This document shows, in pieces, positions 39,174 to 55,853 of a stretch of DNA of 64,000 nt. Position 1 is the stretch's first letter, and the number at the start of each line of letters is the position of its first letter. Both the position numbers and the translations under genes were made by a program. The stretch spans positions 1-64,000 of the forward strand of contig PS015122.1 of the NCBI GenBank assembly GCA_048213135.1. Direction: 5' to 3'. The notes beneath the pieces are model-generated. The model was not told the DNA's origin and searched no databases. It saw nothing but the letters and a program-made list of their open reading frames with translations. The DNA is from Reclinomonas americana ATCC 50394 (taxonomy: Eukaryota).

Positions 39174-39241
39174 GAGACGTGCAGTTCATGTTGTAGATGG
39201 AGTAAACTTGCGGTCGACGGATCATTGCTGGTTTAGTTCCA

Positions 39242-42200
39242 ATGTCGAGCGTGGGCGACGACAGCGTATTGTCGACGCTGCGCGGTGTATGCGAGTCGTT
39301 CTTTGTGCAACATGCATCGCTGGCCGCCACTGTGCACGCGTTGCCGTCGTTCGATGCATGTCGCACTCTGGTCGGCACTCTCGTCGAGCATCATCTGAGC
39401 GGCGTTGCGTGAATTCTCTCTGGCACCAGTGATGTCTGTGATTGTGTGTAAGTGATAGGGAAGCCTCACCGCACCGCTTCACTCCACAGTTGCGTGTGTC
39501 GCGGGCGTGGGCGAGTGCGCTGCGTGTGGAGCACTTGTCGGAGTGGATGCATGCACAGCAGTGGTCGCACAGCGACGCCAGTGCTTTCCTTTGTCTCTCG
39601 CTGCTGGCTGGCCTCGCGTCGCGCTGTGGAGAAGAGGCGGAAGGAGAGCAGAGAGGAATGGTGGCAAAGGAGGAGATTGCGTGGACAGTCGTGTGCATTC
39701 CGAGCTTTGCCGCGTACCGTTTGCCCCTGGGCGGCGAGTTCTTCCGCACGAGAGAGCTGGGTTCGTTCGCCTTTCGCACCAAGTGTTTTGTAATCATGGT
39801 TGAGTTGCGAGTGCTGATGGGTGCACAGCCGCACGGCTCTTGCTGGAGAGTGCGTTGCGATCGACTGCGTTGCTGGATCGAATCGTCGCCGAGTGCAGTG
39901 CAGCGCTGCTGACCACCGACGAGCAGGCAGTCTCACTGGTCGGCTACAGTGTCGATGCCACTGCCGTGATCCACGGCGTCGGCAGCGGGGACAAGACGCC
40001 GTACGTGACGGGTTGTGCATCGGTCGTGCGATCGATGGCCGACGCTCTGCTCGCCGGCTCGCTCTCGGTACGCTGTTTCTCTTCTCCCCGAGCGCCCTTG
40101 TTGACTGTCGATCTCATCATACCTTGCGTGCCAGTGTTCACCATCGATCGTCGCACTGCTGGAGGAGCAACTTGACAGCTTGGCACACGGCAGTGGATCC
40201 GGTGCGGTGCGAGAGGCACGACGGTGGTACTTGTGCCCGTTGGTGTCGGCCGTGCTGGCGCACACTCCCGACTTTGTGCAACGGAACCAACTGGCGCAGG
40301 CATGTTGTGACACCGTGCGTGAGGTGTCGAGTGGCTACTCACTGACGTGTCGTGTCGCAGGTGGTTTTCCGCTCGCTGCTGTCGAGCCACTCATTCGGAC
40401 CGTGGCACCGTGCGGCATTCTTCTCCTACGTGTTGCAGTTGTCGACTGAGCTCGCAGACGGATTGGGCACGCGCACTGGTTCGCGCCGCATTCTTAATCG
40501 AAAAGTCTTGTTCGGTTCAGCAGCTCATTTGCTGCGTGGCAGGTGTGGATGTGCGCTTGGACGCCAGCTTCTGGAAGATGCTGCAGACCGGCATGTGCAC
40601 CACCGAGTACGGTGAGCACATGGCGGCCGCTGCCGTCCTGCGTCGCATCATTCGTCTGTCGAGTGAGGCGGCGGCGGCAGAGGACGGTCGAGTCGCATGG
40701 ATACCGTTGCGTTGTCGGCGATGACAGAGTATGCGCATTCTGCTCTGACTTGTGTGCTTTTCTCTCTCTCTTTCGCCAGAGAGTTCTCGTGGAGTCTGGC
40801 CGCCTGTGCACGACTGGAAGAGATGTGGGCACGCTACTTTCTGGTGTACACTACCGTTTCGGAGAACAGTCCGCACTTGTTGAAGGTGCGATGAGAGCAA
40901 GCGCTGAATTGCAGGCAGCCACTTGCTCATTGCTACAATAACAGGCCATGTTTCGCTCCATTGATTCGCTGTTGCCGACGGCGGAGGGTCGTAGTGTCGA
41001 CGGTTTGTGCTGATCGCGGTTCCTCTCATCGGTGCATGACAGACTGACAGACTGGCTCACGCAGCGAGTGTGGCGCCGCTGCACTTCTCCTGGATCGGAG
41101 TGCTGTACATGCGCGGCTTTGCGCATGTCAACATGGCGGTCGTTCGACAGGTGACGAACCACGCACTGGCGTTCGCCTTTGATGCTCACCCACCGGGTTA
41201 CATGCCGGCTCATTTCGTGCACGGTGAGAAGTTGTTACCCGAATGGCGAAGGAGGGGAGTGTGCCACCGCTAAAGGTGACTGTGCGCAGAGGTCATGCTA
41301 CCGCACTTGGACATGAGTCGCTCCCTGCAATATTCGGCCGACATTCCTGCGGTGACCACGCACTTTCTTGCGCGATACATCGACAACGCAGTCGACCAGG
41401 TGCGTTGTCGATGTGGTGCTGCATGATCAAGTTAGGGTTTGTTTATTCATTGTGCACTACAGGTGGCGGCGGCTTGCGGGTTCGTGGAGGCTGTGCGATC
41501 ATTTGACAAACCCGAGCTGTGGACCACCATGTCCATTGTGACAGCGATTCGTCAGGCGGCCGAGACGGCTGCCAAGCGACACGTAGCTCTCGTGAACACT
41601 GAGCTGTTGCAGAGCATCACGATGCTCATGGATCTGCGTGATCGCGGCTGGTGAGTTGTCGCCGTGTGTGTGACCTGTGATTTGGCCCACAATAACACGA
41701 ACTAGGACCATTGCGCTGGAGGCGAGACTCGATGTTATTCTCATGGATATTGTCTCGATTGGTCGCACGCCGACATTCGATGACACGCTGGCACTCGTGG
41801 ACCTGGTGCGTTTTGTCGCACGCTTGAATCCGCGCGTCGTGGCGGCTCGCGAGGTGCCCGGAGTCGCTCGTTTCTGCGAGTGGGTGACCTCGGTCTGTGG
41901 TATTCTTCCTTCTCATGGCATTCGCAATCATCTGTCTCACTTTGTGGCGTAGGCGCTGTCGTCTGTGTCGGAAACGATTGTCGATGAAGCCGTGCACGAG
42001 CTATTTGCCAACAACGGTGAGCATTGCCACGTGCTGCGTGTCAACACGAATCCTCCTCACTCATTGGTTGGTCGCCCTGCTTTTGCAGTACCGTCGTCGG
42101 CCGTGAGTCGCGGCTTGATGATGCTGATCTACTTTGTGGAGCCTCTGCAGACGCGTCTGACACGACTCGTCTGCGAGAAGACCGCCGAGTTGTACAGGTA

Positions 42201-45200
42201 GAGATCAGTTGATGTCTGTGCGCACCCTGCTACTGCACGGATGTCTCACCTTCACACTCGCTGCCAGTCACCCGTACATTGCGGCAGACCGCGTCCAGCG
42301 CACTGTGCAGGCCTTTGTGGATCTGTGCGACATTGCGGCCGCTGTTGGACCTGATGGTGCGCATCCCTCGCCCCTTCTCTCCTCACAGATCTCTCATTCC
42401 TCCATACAGCCCAGTGCGCACCTGCGTGGGGAGTCGTGGGACAAGAGAGTGGCAGGGCAGCGCGAGAGATCGCCTCCTTTGTGCAATCACAGAGCGATGC
42501 ACCAGACAGTGGTTCGTGTGGGCGTGAGAAATGTCTTGCTCATCACCGGTTCACCTTTGCCTGCATGTGTCGCGCAGATCTGTTTTCTGCATGCGTACGT
42601 GCGCTGGCACACTTGCATCGTCGTCACGCCAATCTGCCGTTTGTAAGCGATGCCGTGGAGAGCGTGTGCGGCATGGGCGCGCAACTATTGCGGAATTCAA
42701 CCTCTGGTGACTTTGTTGTTGCGAGGTCATGCGCGTGGAAAAAGTGGCTGACCGCATAGCATTGCTGTCGGTGGTGCAGTGGAACAAGCCATGACCGGTA
42801 TGTCAATTGTTGGCAGGCTGTTTGCATCGCAGGCTCAATTCGACGAACGCACACCTGTTGCGTAGCCGCGTTGGTTGGTGTGCGCAACACTCCGTCTATG
42901 TGATTGACACATGGTGGTGACCAGGGGCGAGTGGACATGTGGCAGCAGCGATTGCTCGAACTCATCAACTTTTCCCTCGCAAAAGCTCGCGGTGCCGACG
43001 CACAACAGCAGCAGAGGTGTGGTGTGATTTCCTGCATCGGCAATGTCTCAAATACCGGACTGAGTCGTCGAATGTGTGTGCGCGACGCAGTACCCCGGTC
43101 CGCCAATTTCACTTTTACCAGTACAATGCCGCGCATTTGGTGTGCGCTGCTCTGGTGGAGACGGTGTGTGTGTGTGCTTCTCGTCGCATTGTCGCCGGTC
43201 CAGCTGTCGCCGACCGTACACAATCACAGACGGCCAGGGGAAATGTCGACTTTTGGAGGAGTGTTGCCTCGCGACTGTGCGACATGCTGGACTGTGCGGA
43301 ACGCGGCCTGGTGGTCGCTCTCGGCGATGCAGCACTGTGTGCAGCCGATGCGCTGCTCGATTCGGATCCAGATGAGGTGTGACTTCGGTGATTCGTTTGT
43401 TTTCTTGCTCCGTTCCACTAACTCTGCATGCACGCCAGGCGATTACGACTATTCGTGCCGTGTGGCACAGCTTCTTCTCGGAGCGCGTGCTCGATGCCTG
43501 TCATGTGGCAGCTCTGTCGCGAATGTTTGGCGAGCGCTTCCTTGCGCACCCGTCACTGTCTGCATTCATGAAGGAGGTAACTTCTGTGCCAGCTTACCGG
43601 CGAGGTGACTGTGAGCTTCGTTACACACTTTTTTTTCGTGCTGTGCAGTTGCTGAGCTCGGCGTTGGACGCGTTCAGCAGCAACTATCGCATCATGTATC
43701 CGATTGCCGCGGTGGTGTGCCGAACATGCGCGCGTCTGCCACGCCTCCTGCTGCGCTATGTGGAGGTCAGTGACCATCACCTCCGTTGCAGCTGGCGGTG
43801 TCAGCTCATCACTTTTGCGCAACAGGAAATCTACCGCATGTGCATGTACATGACAGATTCGACGACGGACAATGAGGCGGAGCTCAGCCGTGCTGTGCTG
43901 ACTGTTGTACGCGTCAGTGGCGATGATACGTGGTTCGCCACTGTCCCCTTTTTTCGGTGGGTGCTTCTGCACGATTGTGCTCACGAGTTGCGGCATGCAG
44001 GTTGAACGCCGTGTTCCCGAGTTACACCATGCTGCTGGAGAAAGTCCGAGCCGTGGCGCTGTCGGCATTGCACGCTGTGGCCATTCTGCCATCAGCGAAT
44101 GCGGCCGTGCAGCGGTCCATTCTCGAGCGTGTGCTGGAGCTCGTCGGGGAATGCATGGCTCTCAACAGACGGCACAATGAGGAGAATCTCTTTCTGCACA
44201 GTCCAGTGGAAGGAGTTATGTCGCCCCTCGAAAGCATGGCTGCTGCTCGCACGCACAGTGCCTTATCCTCTGCCTTCTCCAGGTGATGGTAGCGCAAGTG
44301 CTGAGCGTGCTCACGCCGTGTACGACGCTGGAGACGGCGGCCATGCTGCTCGAGCCGATTGGCAAGGCTCTGGGATTCGGGTTGCATCCGTCGGTGCGCG
44401 AGTTGTTTGAGAATTTTATCTGCCGCTTGGTCCTCCGTTTCCCGACGCTGCTGCGCGACTCGCTGTGCAAGTAAGTCGGGAGGTCTTGTCGCCCGTTCTC
44501 TCAGCTTTGTGGTGGCTGACAGGCTCGCGCGCGTCTCATGTGCAGGGAGTTGACCAACTTTGAACTGAAACCGATTCGTGCCGCCAGTCTGGTGGCCATC
44601 ACCTGCATGTATCTGCTCGCAGTGGAACGTGAAGAGTTCCTGGATGTGTTGAAAAAGGTTGCAACGTGCCGCTTGATGGCACGAAGAGGTGAAGCGCGAT
44701 CTCACGCATGCATTCACAGGAGTTTTGGACGGTGTCGGCCTGGATCGCCACGCATTACCACTTGACGTGCAACTTGGTGCAGTACACGTGGGTCAAGGTT
44801 CACGAACGACTGCAGAGCGAAGGGTTGCGTGCGCTCCTCCGTTCGCATCGTGCGTATTTTTCCTCGTGCTAACCGCGCTTCCTTCGGCAGTGGATCCCCC
44901 TTCACGCCCGAAATGAGTGCGTTCCTGGAGAGCGTGGTAACATATGTGCGCACCAATCGAATTGCCCAAAAGAGCTTCCGTAAGGTGCGGGTTGAGTGGC
45001 ATTGCTCTCCCCCCTGTAATGCACAGCCCCTCAACACTAGTCGTTGTTGCAGAACATTCAATATGCGGCGCGCAATCAACAACGCGTCTTCCACTTGCCT
45101 GCTGTGCTGGCGGTGGAGACGTTGACAGACCCGGAGCTCATCCGCGCATCTCTGAGTCGGGTACGATGTGCCGCCACTGTCTCTCTTCTGTTCACAACAG

Positions 45201-46299
45201 ACAGTCGATCCTCACCTTATCGACGTGCAGAACATGATGCTCAGTGTGCGACTGGCGGGCTCCGAGTTCGCCAATCTGTTGGTGCACGACGAGCTGCTGC
45301 CCGGGTACCGTGAGCGCACGCTGCGCGATCTGGTCTGCGAGCTGCCGGCCGTTGTTCTGGACGACGACAGTCGAGAAAGCCAGCCGCTGTCGCCACCGGC
45401 GGATGAGATGGAGTGGACACAAGGTGCATAATGGTGCTGCTAGTGATCGAGGAGTTGTCCTTGTGGCAGTTGCTCACCTCCAGTGTAATGCGCCGTAGCG
45501 GCGCAACTGGTGGAGGCCAACTGGACGTGTCCCGAAGTCGAAAACTTTCAGCGCAAGGCTCGGACTGTCACAGACGAGACGCGCGAGTTCATTCTGGATC
45601 CAACGCGTGTGCGCAGTCACGGGTATGCTGAACCAACAAAGTGCTCGCTGTCCTCCAAATATCTTATCTGACACTGCGTGCACCAGACATCGGCACGAAC
45701 TGATTCTGGTGGCCTCGCTCATTGACAAGGCCCCGAACCTCGGCGGCCTGTCGCGCACCTGCGAGATTTTCAATGTCGGCAAGCTGGTGGTCGCCGACAA
45801 GACCGTCATGCAGGTACGCGCGCCTCACCGACACCACCGCACTGCGCTCCCTTGCGACTCACCATGGCACAGGATACCATGTTTGTGCAACTGGCCATGA
45901 CGGCCGAGCAGTGGCTGCCCATCGAAGAGGTACCAGTGGCCGACCTACCGGCCTACTTGCACCGCATGCAACACGACTGCGGCTACACACTGCTCGGCCT
46001 AGAACAAACGTCGCAGAGCGTCAGTCTCGAGCACTTTGAGTTCCCCGCGCGCTCGCTACTGCTCCTCGGCAGCGAGGGCGAAGGCATCCCACCCGAACTC
46101 CTCTCGCTGCTCGAGCGCACCATTGAGATCCCGCAATTGGGCGTCGTGCGCTCCCTCAACGTCGTTGCGTGCACAGTGTTTTTGACGCAGCACTAACACC
46201 ACTGATCATCATCCGCAGCACGTCAGCGGTGCCGTGGCCATGTGGGAATACACCAAACAGCGAGCTTTCGGCGGGCATGCAGTCCCACTTGCGCAATGA
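39242..46299 (+). CDS. TARBP1: tRNA (guanosine(18)-2'-O)-methyltransferase TARBP1/Trm3, many exons
   Basis: C-terminal SpoU domain [76 protein letters not shown] after a long helical N-terminal region. The start position is less certain. Confidence 0.9.
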
Positions 46300-46343
46300 A
46301 TAGAAACTGTGTCCTCGTCCTCTGTCTTTGTTGTTCTCCATCG

Positions 46344-47975
46344 ATGGGCGACAGTGACTACGCTGCATGGCCGACCTCGCCCAGCGCGGCTGCGCGTGTG
46401 GGCATCAACTCACTGGCGGCCTCCTTCACTGCCGACTCGCCTCGCCACGCCCCTCAACGCAGTCTGCCTGCGCAGTCGACTCCGCTCTACACCTCCAGTC
46501 GCTCACACTCTGCGGCCTCCTCCACGGGCTCCTCGCCTGCGCATCGTCCACAGTCGCACTCGGCACTGATGGTCTCCGGAGATCGCTTCATGTTGGACGA
46601 GGAGGAGGAGGAGGGAGATGAGGTCATGTTCCGCAGTGCAAAGGCCTATGATTCGTATGGTGAGAGAGAGAGAGAGAGAGAGAGAAGAGTGTGTGTGTGC
46701 GTGTGTGTGTGATGATTGTGATTGATGCATTGCATGACTGACTGATGCCTTTGTTTGATTTCAGCTGCTTCCATGTCGCCTAGTGGGCGGTTGCGCTTGC
46801 TGCCCTCGACTATCTTTGCTGGTCTGTGTGTGTGTCTATGTGTGTGTCTGCGTGGATTCTGTTTCTGACTGTTGCACAGGCGAGGAGCAGGAGTTCGGAG
46901 GATTGGCTGTTGCGTTTTCTGCTGTCTGCGAGCTTGTGTTTGCTTCCTCACTGTGTGCGTGCAGAGACATGCGGAGGTGACGATGAGGCAACGGTGGCTT
47001 GGTGAGTGCGGATGTGATTGTCGTGACGAGCATCCTTTCACTGACTGCTTTGTCTCGTGCAGGAATGTGCTCATGTGGACGGCGCAGCTACGATGTGGTG
47101 GGCGTGGACAAGGCCATTCTGTTCCGGTTGCGCAACAAGAGCAACTGTTGTTGCAACCATGTGCGTCGTGTTGTTCTGTGATGAGCGATTTCCGAGCATT
47201 CATTGTCATCCTTTCATCTGCAGTGCGTGACTTTTTGTTCCGAGACCGAGTTTGTGGCGCGGACGAGGGCTGTCGGTGGCACGCCGCACAGCGAGGACGC
47301 AGATGACTCAGATGATGAGAGCGCAGGCGGGCGGCGCACTCCGCGCACCGGAGACGGGGTGGTGTTCTCCATTGTGCAGCAGGCGTCGTGTTTGTCGCGG
47401 AGCATGTATGTTGCGTACACGTGTTGCAGTGGTGTGACAGGGAAGGAAGGTTGTAGTTGGTGATCGCGTTTCCGCCACACAGGTGTACGATAACGAGGAC
47501 ACGCCAATAGGGCGCACGTACCGGCCGATCTTTTGCTGTACGCAGCGAATCGATGTGTTTATGCGAACACCGCTGGAGGGCGAACGGAAAGTGTTTGAGG
47601 TCGAGTCCATCCGCGCGTGCGTCGGCTGCAATGACGTTGCGTGGACCGGCCGTACGCGTCCGTCCTTTTTGTTGTCGCCCCGGCTCACCTCCCCCTCGCG
47701 CGCAGTATTCATTCATCATCCGCTCTGCGGAGTCTGGCGAGGAGTTGGCCGTGATCACACGACGCTGGCAAGGTCTCTGCAAGGCCGCGATGAATCTAGA
47801 AGGTGCGTTCTGCTCGCTATTGTTGTGTGGCTGTACAGGGGAGGGTCTGACTGTGTCTGCAGACTGGAGCATCTCGTTTCCGCAGCATGCTGGGGCCATT
47901 GAGCGCGCCTTGTTGGTCGCCGCCGTCGTGCACCTGGATGTTGTCTTGGGTCAGCAGAAGAGTGGGTCGTCGTAG
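46344..47975 (+). CDS. Phospholipid scramblase / Tubby C-like protein
   Basis: Cys clusters, IGRTYRPIFCC, and ELAVITRRWQGLCK..WSISFPQHAGAIERALLVAAVVHLD, which matches the PLSCR C-terminal pattern. Confidence 0.8.
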
Positions 47976-48041
47976 AGCATAAAAGTAATGACGGCGTGAA
48001 ATGGTGAAACGTAAACAATCCTGGCAAATATTTTCATTCAT

Positions 48042-49763
48042 TCATTCATCATTCATTATACGTGTGGAGTCTGGTGGTCGCAGCAGTCGAGCGGTGAGCG
48101 GATTTGGCGTATCGTACGCCCCCGACTTGCTCAGCAGCACCACCGAATCGTGGTTTGTCGCGGTGGTATCCTGCAGCTCTGTTGCAGCAGCAAAGGATGT
48201 TGTGGAGGCGCGCCGCTTGTCCCACAACCACTGGCCGACCCACACGCAAACACGGAACAGGAAGCCGCAACCACCAGCAATGCTGATGAGCGAGGCAATG
48301 TATGCGGTGGGCGATATGGCAACCTGGGCGACAATGAGCGAACGGACGACGAGGACACGAAAAGCTTCATCGTCCTCCGCCGCACCTCGCGGTACGTGAG
48401 AGCACCGGCTCCGTCGAGAACAAACGCAATGATCGACACGTACATGTCGTCGGGGTTCAGCGCTCCACCAGTGGCCGCCATGCTGTAGCGCGTGTAGTTC
48501 TCGCTCGAGTTGAGGAACCTGGGTGGGGGGACACAGATGAGGTCGCCGACGGAGGGAGACATGCCGGGATTCTTGCACGCACTCGTACGTGACCGGGGCC
48601 ATCACGATTTCGTTGTTACTGGTCTGTGGTCAGGCACGTCAGCACGTCGGCAAAACATCATGCCAGCAGGAACCAGCATACCGTGTTGACAATCACGCCA
48701 GTCACCGTGTCCATGGAAGTGGTGACTGCGCGAAGCGAGGGAGAGTGAGGGAGAGAGAGAGAGAAGAATGCGAGGAGGAAGGAGGAAGGAGCAGAGTGAA
48801 GGAGAACGCAGAGCGAGGTTTGTTGCGCGGGCAATTGAGACGCAACGCTGGCCAAACATGAGCTTCACCGACGAGGCGACCGTCGACTGCGCAAAACACC
48901 GCAGGTTACAATCTACGACGAAAGATCCCAGAACAGGGTCATCGAAGAGCGCACCGTGGTGTCGGGAGTAAAGACGACCTTGGAGATGTCGAGTCCCGGC
49001 TTCGGCGTCATCGTGTACACCATGAGCTGTGTGCTCCCCGGCGGCGCTGGCTTCTCCAGCATGAAGATCAGCGGATTGCCAATGAGCACCGAACCCGGCA
49101 GCGTCTGCAGCGATCCGAGATTGCAGTCACAGTCGAGACAAGCTGCGAGGAACAGGAGGAAAAGTCGAACCTGCGCGACATTGACCATCCAGCAGTACGC
49201 TCCTTTCTGTTGATAGATAGACAGCAGTGGCGGCACGTTACCAGCAGACGGCCATCTGTGCGTGCATCAGCGGAGGAATGGGGTCCACTGAGAGAGAGAG
49301 ACTGGTCATAAAAAAACGCAACACTGCCTCATCGCAGGGCGTGAGGGTGGCCGCCGAGGTGTCCAGGAAGCAGCGGAACACGGGAACGTACTGTGGCACA
49401 TCGGCACGGTCCATAACAAGACACACAGAGAACATGGGAAGCTGACCAGTCACGCGCGAGGCTGTCACAGACAGGTCGGGATTCTGCGCGTGCATGTGAT
49501 GAGATCAATCATCCCTAGTCAGTCACTCACGCGCTCACTTGCTCACCTGGTGTGACTGCACAAGGTGCACCGTCTGCAGCACGCGCAGGCATGTGAGTGT
49601 GAGCAGGAGGGAGGGCAGAGAGAGAGAGACGCACATAATACACAAAGAAGGCGATCCACACGAGTGCGGCCAGCAGCAGTGGCCAGCGAAGAGTCAGCCA
49701 CTGTTGTGAGCGGTACCATGGAGTGGAGACTGGAGGAGAGGAGGGAGTGGAGGTGCCCCACAT
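48042..49763 (-). CDS. Uncharacterised two-transmembrane protein with a Cys-containing ectodomain
   Basis: N-terminal TM WPLLLAALVWIAFFVYY and C-terminal TM AYIASLISIAGGCGFLFRVCVWVG; multi-exon. Confidence 0.55.
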
Positions 49764-49961
49764 CTCCCTCCTGTCAAAGGAACGATCAAAGGAACCGACT
49801 GTTGACTGTCCAACACTCTGCCCTCTGACGGACTTCGCGTGCTTTTGTTGTTGTTGTTTTACTATAGACCAAGCGAGGATATGCAACGTAGTGTTGTGCA
49901 GTACACCGGTACAGGTACGAGAAAACAGAAAGACGAAACAGAGAGAAGGAAGGAGGTTGCG

Positions 49962-52463
<2,502 letters not shown>

Positions 52464-52780
52464 TCTCTCACTAGCACGCGCACACTGTCGCGCTCTCACT
52501 GATGAAGTCCGTCTGAGAGTTAGTGTCAAGTCCGTGAGAAGGACGAGGGGATTTGCGAAGTTCTCTTTCTTTGCATTGCGCCCCCCTCTGCAGTCTATTC
52601 TTCATTATTGGCCTGTGAGATACTTGGTAGGTCAAGGTTGCCAATTGCAAACCCTTTCCATTGGCATCATTTCGCCTCGTGCACTTCACCATTTCCTGCA
52701 ACCTTGGCAGAACGCACCTTTTTCGCCTTGCTACCCTTTGCCTTCAACCACGTGGGCCGAAAATTTTCCACTCTTGTTTA

Positions 52781-55700
52781 CTACACGGTGCCGTCGACAT
52801 GCGCCGCGGGTGCAGCGGCCGTCTCTGTCGCTGCCACGGGCTCTACGGTGGTGGCGGCAAGTGCGGCGGCGACGGCGTCTGGAGGCGGGGCTTTGGTGTA
52901 GGCGCGCTCGTTCTCGGCCTCCCACTCGTCGCGTAGCGTGCGCAGGAACACGGCGGGCGTGTCGAGCTGTTGCAGGAAGAAGCCGCACGGTCGCTGCCAG
53001 TCGACACTGACGGTCACGGCCGCGCCGAGTTCGTGCGGTGGTAGGCAGAGCGGCGAGGTCACCACGTCTTGCCGCGGCATGTCGCCGTACACAATCAGTT
53101 GCGCAAAGCCGCGAATGGCCGCGACCTGCGAGACCATCGACGGTGAGTGATAACGAGGGGGGAAAAACTCAACTCGTGACACACTCACCGCCGTGAGGCA
53201 CATGGGAAAGTTGATTTGCTCGCCATCCATGACAATGAGGTGCAGCTTGCTGCGCGGGAATGAGCGCCATTCTTGCCAGCAACCCAACAGCGGCATGGTG
53301 ACAAAGAAGACGCGTGCGGCGGAGGTGACATCGACGGCCTGCAGACGATAGGTAGAAGTGTGTGAGTGCGTGGCCTTCCATGCCAACTGGCATGTTCTCG
53401 TTCATCGCACACACCGACATGAGCGATTGCGTCGTCGACTCCACATGGCACCACTCCTGCTCGGCGACAAGCGAGTCGGGACGGGGTAGCCGCGAAATAC
53501 CGTCGGGTGCGTCTGCAGTGTATCGCGAGATGAGCGTCGTTATACAGTGCGCATCACGCTGCGAGAGACCACACACACACCTTCTCGGACAGTGACCGAC
53601 GACAAGCCCGGCAGCAGCTGCAGGTATCGCGCTCGCGTAGCCAGCATCTGTGCATGACTCGCAAACAGCAGCATCACTTTCGAGTCGTGAAGCATGGTGG
53701 TCAGCAAGTCCACCATGCCCAGCTGGAGCAGCTTGCGACCTGGAAGGAGAGGGATAGCATGGTGAGAGCGAAGCTACAATCACGGTGAGATAGAGGAGTC
53801 AACACAATAGCGCACCACACTGGGGCAGGGCTCGGATCAACAGCACTCCGTGCACCAGTGACTTTTGCAGCGCCGTCTGCTGTCCAATGGTCCACTTTTC
53901 AATGCCCCACAGCGGACACCGTGCAGTCAGGTGGCTCTGCACCGCGTGGCGGCTGAACCGCTCGGTCAGATTCATGGTTTTGCCACTGGCCACACGCTTC
54001 ATGCGCTGCGGCAGTGCCGGGTCGGTGAGGAACCTGGGGGAGAGAGAGAGGCGGCCGTGAGGAAACGCGACGAGGGTGGAGGCACGAGCATGCAACGCAC
54101 CGGCGCAGACTGAGGCCGAGAACGCGCAGCAGCCAGTATCTGGCCTCGAGGGGAGCGGTCTCGAGGTGAGCAAGTTGGGCGGCGTACGACAGCTGTCGAC
54201 AAGTACGTCGTGAGAAGAACCGCAATGCAAGAAGAGAGCGACAGGGAAAATTCCCGCACCGGAGGACGACCATCAATGAGACCATCGAGTGCGGTGACCA
54301 GTTGGCGCGCATCGACTTGCATCGGCTGCAGGTAGTTGAACGGGTCCTGCGCCACGACGGAGCGGATTCTCTCGTCGCCCATGTGCAACACGTGCTGCCG
54401 GCCAATGTCGATATTCTCAAAGGCCGCCAGCAGCGGCACCATGAAGCGCACGTCGCCGGCCGCGTAATCGAGCAGCACCTCCTTCATCGGGCGCACTTCC
54501 CACAAATTCCACTCCTTCCGCATCATGTCCTTGACACTGATCTGAGTGGAGGGAAGTTAGACGAAAGAGGTGCATGCTACTCCAGCAGGATGAGACGCGA
54601 AACTTTCTCGTCCACAATCGGCAAGTTGAAAAACTTGAGCACGTCATTGACACCGCAGCTGTTGCCCTTTTTGTGTGCGCCGACGCGTCGCTGGAGATCA
54701 TTCATGGCCAGGAACGTGTCGAACACGCCGCGAGGAATGATGCCAAACTGGTGCGACAGTGCCGCCGTGTCGCAGCGCAGGTCGTGGATCACCTTGATGA
54801 TATCCTCGCGCTCCAGAATCACTCGAAGCAACTGCATGTGAACGAGGGAAGGCGGTGAGGTGAGAGGGAGAAAGGGAGAGAGTGTGTGAGAGGGAAAGGG
54901 AGGGAGTGTGTGAGAGAGGGATGAAGAGGGAAAGGGAGAGAGAGGGCGACCATTATGTCAGCGAGCACAAAAAAAGAGAGGGAATGAGAGACAAGACACG
55001 CATTCGTGAAAGGAGAGAGAGAGAGGAGGAGTGGAGGAGGGAGGGAGCGAGAGACGCAACGCTATCCTCTCGCGCCAGCATTGTCGGCTCAACCACCACC
55101 TAACAAAGCAAAAATCAGGCGAGAGGGAACGACAATAGCAGCATCACGGCAGTAGCAACAGTACGCACGTCAAACAGATACNNNNNNNNNNNNNNNNNNN
55201 NNNNNNNNNNNNNNNNNNNNNNNNNNNNNNNNNNNNNNNNNNNNNNNNNNNNNNNNNNNNNNNNNNNNNNNNNNNNNNNNNNNNNNNNNNNNNNNNNNNN
55301 NNNNNNNNNNNNNNNNNNNNNNNNNNNNNNNNNNNNNNNNNNNNNNNNNNNNNNNNNNNNNNNNNNNNNNNNNNNNNNNNNNNNNNNNNNNNNNNNNNNN
55401 NNNNNNNNNNNNNNNNNNNNNNNNNNNNNNNNNNNNNNNNNNNNNNNNNNNNNNNNNNNNNNNNNNNNNNNNNNNNNNNNNNNNNNNNNNNNNNNNNNNN
55501 NNNNNNNNNNNNNNNNNNNNNNNNNNNNNNNNNNNNNNNNNNNNNNNNNNNNNNNNNNNNNNNNNNNNNNNNNNNNNNNNNNNNNNNNNNNNNNNNNNNN
55601 NNNNNNNNNNNNNNNNNNNNNNNNNNNNNNNNNNNNNNNNNNNNNNNNNNNNNNNNNNNNNNNNNNNNNNNNNNNNNNNNNNNNNNNNNNNNNNNNNNNN

Positions 55701-55821
55701 NNNNNNNNNNNNNNNNNNNNNNNNNNNNNNNNNNNNNNNNNNNNNNNNNNNNNNNNNNNNNNNNNNNNNNNNNNNNNNNNNNNAGGAAGAGAGAGAACGA
55801 ACGACGACGACGTAGTAGAGA

Positions 55822-55853
<32 letters not shown>

